Assembly: GCA_947478395.1 (NCBI GenBank) | Contig: CANJVR010000001.1 | Coordinates: forward strand, 480,001-544,000 | Direction: 5' to 3' | Source of the DNA: Opitutia bacterium | GTDB lineage: Bacteria; Verrucomicrobiota; Verrucomicrobiia; Opitutales; Opitutaceae | Length of the DNA: 64,000 nt | Shown here: piece after piece, positions 57,341-64,000 of the stretch | Layout: each line of letters opens with the position of its first letter | Position numbering within the stretch: the stretch's first letter is position 1 | Translations under genes and position numbers: made by a program | Notes under the pieces: model-generated | What the model saw: the letters and a program-made list of their open reading frames with translations, nothing else | What the model was told of the DNA's origin: nothing | Database searches by the model: none

Positions 57341-57430
57341 TGGCGGAGAGGGAGGGATTCGAACCCCCGGTGACCTTTCGGCCACACCTGATTTCGAGTC
57401 AGGCGCGTTAGACCACTCTGCCACCTCTCC
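57341..57430 (-). tRNA. tRNA-Ser (CGA)
   Basis: GGAGAGG...CCTGA-CT-CGA-AA-TCAGG anticodon arm, long variable arm, GGTTCGAATCC T-arm, encoded CCA; 90 nt. Confidence 0.97.
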
Positions 57431-57702
57431 GGCACGCGAACGCGGCAACGTAGGCCACACCCTCGAAAACGGAAGCCGAAAATCAGCCGCCACCTACAAC
57501 TCCCCTATTTGAGTCCAGTCAGGGATACGTCGGCGGCCCATCGCGGATTACCGGCCGCGAGAGGACCTGCAAAACGAGATCACAATCGGAAACGGCGTGT
57601 AAACTGAATGTCCGACCGGAGTGTAACGTATCACGCTAAACTCGACGATCGCAGCGAAAGCAGCGGACACCCTGGGCTCACGCCAAAGATGAGAAACGCG
57701 AC

Positions 57703-58116
57703 TCAAAGGTTCTCGTCGTCCCCGCGACCGGCCTCGGTCTGATTGGCCGGGAGATGATGGGGCAGAACCAAATAATAATTCATCAGCCACCAGCTGCGGG
57801 ACGAACGGTAAAATAAAATCGGAAAAACGATCGCCCCTACGCCAGCGAGGATGGTCGCACCGCGGCCGGAGATGACGCCGGAAAGATAGCACACGAGCAC
57901 CGGCACCAAAAATCCGGCGATCGTCACACCGTAATTTAACGACATCGAGCCGAGGAAAAACCCCTCGTCGTTCGCGCGCTCGATCTTGAGACCACACTCA
58001 CCACATTCACGGTTCACTTGGAAAAGAGTGTCTTCCTTGAAGAGGGTGCGCGCCCCACAGTTGGGGCAACGATTGGTGAGACCTCGGGTGATAATTTGGC
58101 CACGCGTGACTTTCAT
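57703..58116 (-). CDS. DUF983 family membrane protein
   Basis: RCPNCG and CGECG Cys pairs followed by two TM segments. Confidence 0.8.
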   Translation of the reverse strand: MKVTRGQIITRGLTNRCPNCGARTLFKEDTLFQVNRECGECGLKIERANDEGFFLGSMSLNYGVTIAGFLVPVLVCYLSGVISGRGATILAGVGAIVFPILFYRSSRSWWLMNYYLVLPHHLPANQTEAGRGDDENL

Positions 58117-58204
58117 GCTGATAGACGAGTCGACGACTAACCACGGAATGCACGGATCACACGGATAAAAATGCCACCGGCCGAAAAAGCGGCGTGTTAG
58201 AGCG

Positions 58205-58313
58205 GTTTAACCAAAAGCGTAGCCGCTAACGACGTAGCGGCAGGCGTCCCTGCCTGCCGATACGAGAACGCGGAACCCGGCAGGCAGGGACGCCTGCCGC
58301 TCCACAAAACGGC
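58205..58313. repeat. Palindromic REP/MITE-like element, family B, copy 4 (best preserved)
   Basis: AGCGGCAGGCGTCCCTGCCTGCCG / CGGCAGGCAGGGACGCCTGCCGCT perfect arms. Confidence 0.75.
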
Positions 58314-58389
58314 CACAGAAAAAGATAAACCTCTCCAGCGAGTCGCCCAGCGCTTCACCCGTGTTGCGATGAACACCTAGAGGATTCAG

Positions 58390-58454
58390 GTGGGCGGGGG
58401 CCCTCACCCGCGTGGGCTCATTCCAAAAAAACAGCGTGAGGGCACCCCGCCCAC
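58390..58454. repeat. REP-like element, family C
   Basis: GTGGGCGGGGGCCCTCAC / GTGAGGGCACCCCGCCCAC; a related half copy at 41034-41057. Confidence 0.6.
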
Positions 58455-58482
58455 AGCTCTGCGGAATCCAAAACTCACCGAC

Positions 58483-58515
58483 AAAAAAGGCGCTGCGCCC
58501 GGAAGCGCAGCGCCT
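58483..58515 (-). terminator. Rho-independent terminator of rpsB-tsf
   Basis: Minus strand AGGCGCTGCGC-loop-GCGCAGCGCCTTTTTT just after the tsf stop. Confidence 0.85.
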
Positions 58516-58541
58516 GTAAGAGCAATTGCAATCAACCCGGC

Positions 58542-59141
58542 TTAGCCGCCGAGTTGGAAGCGGATGAAACGGCGGACGATGATATTCTCACCCGTTTTGA
58601 CGGTATTTTCCGTGAGCATTTCCTTCACGGTTTTCTCCGGCTGCTTCACGAAGGGCTGATCCACGAGGCACACGGTGGAGTAGAATTTCTCCAGTTTGCC
58701 CTCGACGATCTTTTGGACGGCGGCCGGCGGCTTGCCGACGACTTGGGCCGCGGCGATCTCGCGTTCCTTGGCCACATCGGCCTCGGGCACTTGATCGCGC
58801 GTCACGTACAGCGGGCTGGCGGCGGCAATTTGAAGACAGATGTCTTTCGCAAACGCACGGAACTCGTCGTTGCGGGCGACAAAATCCGTCTCGCAGTTGA
58901 CCTCGATCATCACGCCGACTTTGCCGCCGACGTGAATATAGCTCTCGATGAGGCCTTCCTTGGCGACGCGGTCAGCCTTCTTGGCGGCCGACGCCGCGCC
59001 TTTTTTGCGCAGCAGCGTGACGGCTTCCTCGACGTTACCGTTGGTTTCAACCAGGGCGCGTTTGCAGTCCATGAGACCCGCACCTGTGTTGGTGCGCAGC
59101 TCATTGACCATTTGGGCAGAGATAGGGACGGGAGTGCTCAT
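58542..59141 (-). CDS. tsf: Elongation factor Ts (short form)
   Basis: [28 protein letters not shown]; follows rpsB. Confidence 0.97.
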   Translation of the reverse strand: MSTPVPISAQMVNELRTNTGAGLMDCKRALVETNGNVEEAVTLLRKKGAASAAKKADRVAKEGLIESYIHVGGKVGVMIEVNCETDFVARNDEFRAFAKDICLQIAAASPLYVTRDQVPEADVAKEREIAAAQVVGKPPAAVQKIVEGKLEKFYSTVCLVDQPFVKQPEKTVKEMLTENTVKTGENIIVRRFIRFQLGG

Positions 59142-59167
59142 TCCGGGTAAAATTTACGGGGAAAAAC

Positions 59168-60046
59168 TTATTCCGCCTTCACCGGCGCTTTGCGCGGACG
59201 GACGACTTTCTTCACGACGGCGGGTTGCTCGACATCGCCTTCGACCACGGCAGCAACGCCGGCGGGAAGTTCAACCTTCGAAAGATCGATTTCGGAGGCC
59301 GACACCGGCGCGTGGGCGGCGGCTTGAGCGCCCGCACCGCGCTCGGCGCGACGCGTGTCGCGCTGCGCCAGACCGGCCTGAATCGCAGCGACGATGGTGT
59401 CGACGATGATGCGGACGGACTTCACGGCGTCATCGTTGCCCGGGATGGGATGAGAAACAGTGCTAGGATCGGAGTTCGTGTCGACGAGACCGATGCACGG
59501 GATACCCGAGCGGGCCGCTTCGGCGCAGGCGATGGCTTCGTGGTTCACGTCGACGACGAACATCGCGTTTGGCAGTCCGGGCATGTCGACGATGCCGCTG
59601 AAGTTCTTCTGCATGCGAACCATCTCGCGCTTGATCGCGGATTCTTCCTTGCGGGAGAACTTCGAGAGTTCGCCGGCCGTCTCCATCGCCTGATATTTCT
59701 TATACTTGGCGATCGATTTCTTGACGGTCTCGTAATTGGTGAGCGTTCCGCCGAGCCAGCGGTCGACGCAGAAAGGCATGTTGGTGGCCGCCGCGGCTTC
59801 GCGGACGATTTCCTTGGCCTGGCGCTTGGTGCCGACGAGAAGGACGTTGCCGCCGCCGGCGACTTTGTCTTCGAGGAAAGCGCAGGCTTTTTCGAGGGCG
59901 GCATGGGTCTTGCCGAGATCGATGATCGTGATGCCCTGGCGGTGATCGAAGATGAAAGGCTTCGAACGCGGATTCCAACGCTTGGTCTGGTGGCCGAAGT
60001 GAACGCCGGCGTCGAGGAGGTCTTTGGGACTGATGCTAATGCTCAT
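59168..60046 (-). CDS. rpsB: 30S ribosomal protein S2
   Basis: LLDAGVHFGHQTKRWNP, VGTKRQA, RWLGGTLTN, DTNSDP, IPGNDDA. Confidence 0.98.
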   Translation of the reverse strand: MSISISPKDLLDAGVHFGHQTKRWNPRSKPFIFDHRQGITIIDLGKTHAALEKACAFLEDKVAGGGNVLLVGTKRQAKEIVREAAAATNMPFCVDRWLGGTLTNYETVKKSIAKYKKYQAMETAGELSKFSRKEESAIKREMVRMQKNFSGIVDMPGLPNAMFVVDVNHEAIACAEAARSGIPCIGLVDTNSDPSTVSHPIPGNDDAVKSVRIIVDTIVAAIQAGLAQRDTRRAERGAGAQAAAHAPVSASEIDLSKVELPAGVAAVVEGDVEQPAVVKKVVRPRKAPVKAE

Positions 60047-60581
60047 AATGATCTATGTATCTACGTACACAGGTCGGCCAGTGGGCCGCCTTGCGATCGT
60101 GGGATGGTTGATGGTTTGATTTGCCCCTGCCGGATGGCAGAGCGGTCGAAAACACCGGACGACAGCCCAGCTGGCAAGAGCGAATTCGCGCGGAAGCGGA
60201 AAAGCGGACACCCCCACCCTACCGCCCCTTTCTCCAGCCGGAACGATGCATGGCGTTGAACTTCGTCACCATCTCGACGCCATCCCCTAGGGTCCTCCTG
60301 CAAAGTTCCAGGGTCCGCGCGTAACCCTCAGAAGCGGCAAAACCAACGGCGATGCGCCCAGCTCCGCCACGCTCGAAAGGTACCCGTTCTGCCGCCGGGC
60401 GCTCACCGCCCAAAAAACAACGGGCCGAGCGATACCACGTCGATGGATTTACGCATGTTGATCGTGCGGGACCGCTCCGGGCAGGCTGTTCCGCGTCACG
60501 GCGATCAAGCAGGCGGGACCCGCGCCGTTCATTCTGGCGCCGCAAGCGCGATAATTTTCCAACGGCTTTCCTCGACGCAAA

Positions 60582-61328
60582 CTAGCCGCGACGCCGGGCG
60601 ACCAGCACCAGGCTCACGCCAAAAGGAAATGGCACACGCCACATCGCCAAGCGGACGAAGATGGCGCGCAGGAGATCGTTGATCGGCCGGGCCGGCTCCC
60701 GATCTTCCGAACGACCCGCCGGCGCCGGCCGGCCCAGACGTTTCTGCAGCGTCCGCAATTTTCGCACCCACCAGACGGCCGGATAAACGACGACGTTGGT
60801 GTAGTTAACGTGGATCAGTTCCCACCTATCGCTGGTAAAAAGCGCCCGCAGTTGCGGCCGCCTATAACGTCGAAAATGATGCAGCGCCTCGTCCCAGTCG
60901 CTCCACAAAGCCATACTCGCCGGCACCGTCACGAGGGCGATCCCGCCCGGGCTCAGCAGCCGATGAAAACCGCGCACCATCGCCGCGTCGTCCGGCACAT
61001 GTTCGAGCACATCGAGCGCGGTCACGAAATCGAGCGAAGCATCGGGCAGCGGCACGGCATCGCCCGCGAGGCTCAGAATTTGCTCGGGCCGGAAGCGAGT
61101 CCGGAGCAAGCGCAACGCCTCCGCATGATCGTCGAGGACTAGCACGCGGCAATGAGCCTCCATTTCCTTCGCGAAAATTCCCGTGCCCGCACCGCAGTCG
61201 AGCAACACGTCGGTCGGTTGCGGCGGGCGCGCCCGCTGCAGCCAAGCCCGGACCAGAGCGCGTTTGCCGGAGTAGTACCAGTGCGTGCGTTCGACGCATT
61301 CGAGGTTGCTGTATTCATCGGCGTTCAT
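60582..61328 (-). CDS. Class I SAM-dependent methyltransferase
   Basis: LLDCGAGTG, ALDVLEHV, TVPA...WSDWDEALHHFRRY; start trimmed to MNADEY. Confidence 0.88.
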   Translation of the reverse strand: MNADEYSNLECVERTHWYYSGKRALVRAWLQRARPPQPTDVLLDCGAGTGIFAKEMEAHCRVLVLDDHAEALRLLRTRFRPEQILSLAGDAVPLPDASLDFVTALDVLEHVPDDAAMVRGFHRLLSPGGIALVTVPASMALWSDWDEALHHFRRYRRPQLRALFTSDRWELIHVNYTNVVVYPAVWWVRKLRTLQKRLGRPAPAGRSEDREPARPINDLLRAIFVRLAMWRVPFPFGVSLVLVARRRG

Positions 61329-61394
61329 GCGGCGGGTTCGGACTTGTGGGAGCGTCAGCGCGCCCCGAGATTGAGTCCACGATTTTGTCCCGTA

Positions 61395-63425
61395 ATGCCT
61401 GAACCCGCCCTCCGGCTGCGTCGCCAGCTTATCGTTTTCTCCGTCGCCGCCATTCTGGCGCTGCACTTCGTCCTGGCGGTCGCGAGCAAGCGGCAAGAAA
61501 GCACCACCGCCGACGAGATCGCGCACCTCACCGCCGGCTTCGCGTACTGGCAATTCGACGACTACCGACTGCAGCCGGAAAACGGCAATCTGCCGCAACG
61601 CTGGGCCGCGCTGCCGACGTGGCTGAGCGGCGCCACGTTTCCAAAATTAGCGGACAACAACTACTGGCGCACGAGCGATGCGTGGGGCGTCGGCCACCAG
61701 TTTTTTTATGAAACGGGCGAAGACCATTTCCCGCGGTTGATGGCCGGGCGCGCGATGATCGCACTGTTTAGTGTCGGCACCGGGTTGATTATTTTTATTT
61801 GGTCGCGGCGTTTTTTCGGGACGGCCGGCGGCTTTGTTTCACTTTTATTCTATGCGTTCTGTCCCAACTTTCTCGCCCACGGAGCGCTGGTGACCTCGGA
61901 TGCGTGTATCACGTTTTTTATGCTCGCGAGCGTCGGAGCGTGGTGGCGCCAGCTGCACGACGGACGGAGGCGCGCGTGGTGGATGAGCGCCGCGATTTTC
62001 AGCCTCGCGTGCATCGCCAAGTATTCCGCGGTGCTGCTGATTCCGATGCTCGTTCTTCTGGGAACGGCGCGAATGCTAGGATCAGCGCCTCTTACTATTT
62101 GGGGCCGCACGTTTGTTACTCGCCGGAAAAAAATCGGCGCGCTCGTCGTGTCGGCGCTCGGTCATGGCGTTTTGGCCATCGCGACGATCTGGGCCGCTTT
62201 CGGTTTTCGCTATTCGGGATTCAGCCCGGCGCTGCCCGCTGCCGCGCATTTCCTTCAGCCGTTTGAAAGCGCCGTTGCCAGCATGGGCGCGCAAGGTCCG
62301 GTGGTGACCGTGCTCGCCGCATGGCACGCCCTGCCCGAGGCATTCCTCTACGGCTACGCATTCGTGCTCGAGATGTCGCAGCAACGCGCCGCCTACCTCG
62401 ACGGCGACTACAGTCTCACCGGCTGGGTGCGGTTTTTCCCGCTGGCCTTTCTTTACAAGAGCACGCCCGCGCTGCTCGTAGCGCTCCCGTTGGCCGGGTT
62501 GGTGGCGCGGCGCCGGCGATCAGACGCGGAGTCTGAGTCGTCGAAATCTCCGCGCGCCGCCCTCTACTCGGCGCTGCCGCTGCTCGTGCTCGTGGGCGTT
62601 TACGGCGCGTTTTCCCTGACGAGCCATCTCAACATCGGACACCGCCATCTGCTGCCGATTTATCCCGCGCTCTTCATTGCGACCGGCGCGCTCGGAGCGT
62701 GGGCGGCCAAACGGCGCGGCTTCGCGGTAGCGGTCGTCGCGCTACTGCTCTCGCTTCAAGGTGGAACCGCGTGGCGGATCTATCCGCACTACCTCGCCTA
62801 TTTCAATTTCATCGGCGAAGGCCCGGAGTTCGGCTGGCGGCACCTCAGCGACAGCTCGCACGATTGGGGCCAAGATTTACCCGGCCTCAAAACCTGGGCC
62901 ACGACCAACGTGCGCGTCGGCGAGCCCTTCTATCTCGCTTACGCGGGCTCGGGCGAACCCGACTACTACCAACTACCCGTACGCCGCCTGCTCATGGTAA
63001 ATGGTTTTCACCAGCCGCAGCCGTACCTCGAGCTCGAGCCCGGAACCTACGCCATCGGCACCACCGTGCTCTCCCACGTGTACGGCCAGGTGCGCGGACC
63101 GTGGACCCTCGAATGGGAAACCGAATACCAAAAGCTCCGCGCCCTCGAGCCGCTCTTTGCCGGCTATCACCGCGAGCCAAATCGCCGCGCCGAATTGTTG
63201 AAAGAGGCCCCGGCCGAAATTTGGGAGAGCGGCTGGAAGCGTTACAACCAACTGCGGTTCGCCCGGCTCTGTCACTACCTTCGCGTGCGTGCGCCCGAGG
63301 CCAACATCGGTCACTCCATCCTGATCTACCGGCTCAACGCCGATGAAATCAAAGCGGCGACGGCTGGTTCGCTGGCGGATTGGAGCGCGTTGATGGAGCG
63401 CACGATCAACGCGCGGCAGCCGTGA
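61395..63425 (+). CDS. GT-C fold (GT39/ArnT-like) membrane glycosyltransferase
   Basis: TADEIAH, LAHGALVTSD, AKYS, NIGHRHLLP, YLAYFN, DWGQDL with multiple TM helices. Confidence 0.8.
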   Translation: MPEPALRLRRQLIVFSVAAILALHFVLAVASKRQESTTADEIAHLTAGFAYWQFDDYRLQPENGNLPQRWAALPTWLSGATFPKLADNNYWRTSDAWGVGHQFFYETGEDHFPRLMAGRAMIALFSVGTGLIIFIWSRRFFGTAGGFVSLLFYAFCPNFLAHGALVTSDACITFFMLASVGAWWRQLHDGRRRAWWMSAAIFSLACIAKYSAVLLIPMLVLLGTARMLGSAPLTIWGRTFVTRRKKIGALVVSALGHGVLAIATIWAAFGFRYSGFSPALPAAAHFLQPFESAVASMGAQGPVVTVLAAWHALPEAFLYGYAFVLEMSQQRAAYLDGDYSLTGWVRFFPLAFLYKSTPALLVALPLAGLVARRRRSDAESESSKSPRAALYSALPLLVLVGVYGAFSLTSHLNIGHRHLLPIYPALFIATGALGAWAAKRRGFAVAVVALLLSLQGGTAWRIYPHYLAYFNFIGEGPEFGWRHLSDSSHDWGQDLPGLKTWATTNVRVGEPFYLAYAGSGEPDYYQLPVRRLLMVNGFHQPQPYLELEPGTYAIGTTVLSHVYGQVRGPWTLEWETEYQKLRALEPLFAGYHREPNRRAELLKEAPAEIWESGWKRYNQLRFARLCHYLRVRAPEANIGHSILIYRLNADEIKAATAGSLADWSALMERTINARQP

Positions 63426-63517
63426 AGGCGATGGCGAGGCCCACGCGAAATCACAGCCGACCACTCCGATGGAGAACCACCCGATTCAACGAGCGTCGTG
63501 CACCAGGCCCGGCGGCA

Positions 63518-64000
63518 TCATGGCGCCAGTTCCAACACCGCCGGCGGCTCCGGATCGACCGCGATCAGCCGGCTGAGCCGCGCCCAGCGTCCGCCGAAGC
63601 GTTTCTCGGCCAAGGTCTCGAGGTGAAAATTCGCCGGCAGATCGTCCTCGGGATCGACGCCGCGATCGCCCTCCGACGAAATTGGACGCAAAGCCTGCGC
63701 CACGATCACTTCCTTGAAGGTGCCCTGGAGTAGATGATACGCGATCTGGGGTCCGCGTTTCGCTCCGACCGTCGTGAGGATCGTCGGGATGCGCCAAAGG
63801 ACGAAGGGAATCGTTGATTTGTTGGAGAGAAACAGGATCGGTCCGCGGTGGCGCGTGAGGATATCGTGCTCCCATTCCACTTCGCGCATCAAGAGGTTCT
63901 CATCGGTGTACGATCGTTTCGCGATGACGGGTAGCGTGCCGATAAAAAGCCACGCGAGTAAACCGATGCCGGCGACCCGCAATCCCCACAGCTGCCAGCG
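63518..64000 (-). CDS. C-terminal part of a hypothetical membrane protein (runs off the window end)
   Basis: Frame open from 64000 to a stop at 63518; one TM segment followed by a soluble tail. Confidence 0.6.
   Translation of the reverse strand, partial: RWQLWGLRVAGIGLLAWLFIGTLPVIAKRSYTDENLLMREVEWEHDILTRHRGPILFLSNKSTIPFVLWRIPTILTTVGAKRGPQIAYHLLQGTFKEVIVAQALRPISSEGDRGVDPEDDLPANFHLETLAEKRFGGRWARLSRLIAVDPEPPAVLELAP

Larger units (their letters stand above)
47702..57365. mobile_element. ~9.6-kb integrative genomic island in tRNA-Ser(CGA)
   Basis: Flanking 25-bp direct repeats, tyrosine integrase adjacent to the tRNA, R-M cargo. Confidence 0.92.

Noticed and set aside
60220..60560. Possible structured ncRNA upstream of rpsB
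   Set aside because: Some pairing is visible, but I could not match it to a known family or separate it from GC-rich background

Overview
GC-rich bacterial chromosome segment; gene content and style suggest Opitutaceae/Verrucomicrobiota (inference). Most of it is housekeeping or metabolic: parE/parC, glycerate kinase, a UvrD-like helicase, pepT, hisC, corA, ppk1, a U32 protein, rhamnogalacturonan/rhamnose CAZymes, rpsB-tsf and GT-C-like membrane proteins, with several REP/MITE-like repeat families between genes. Two accessory regions stand out. (1) 13.7-18.9 kb: a double-glycine peptide export locus (C39 ABC transporter, HlyD adaptor, orphan secreted protein) with two unrelated acidic precursors; one of them (58 aa) is missing from the supplied ORF track. 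(2) 47.7-57.4 kb: a 9.6-kb island integrated in tRNA-Ser(CGA) with a 25-bp att duplication, next to the decayed start of an older related integrase. It encodes only a tyrosine integrase, a Type III R-M system with an interposed RhuM gene, and an ASCH protein. It also has a ~2-kb non-coding block: a strand-biased array of GCGNAGC mini-hairpins plus three origin-like modules that share an identical 21-bp core and a covarying hairpin, each with a different iteron-like repeat family. No Rep, relaxase or capsid gene is present, so the best candidate novel system is a non-autonomous defence element carrying several helper-specific origin mimics (hypothesis, untested). All product calls come from visual motif recognition; no database searches were run.
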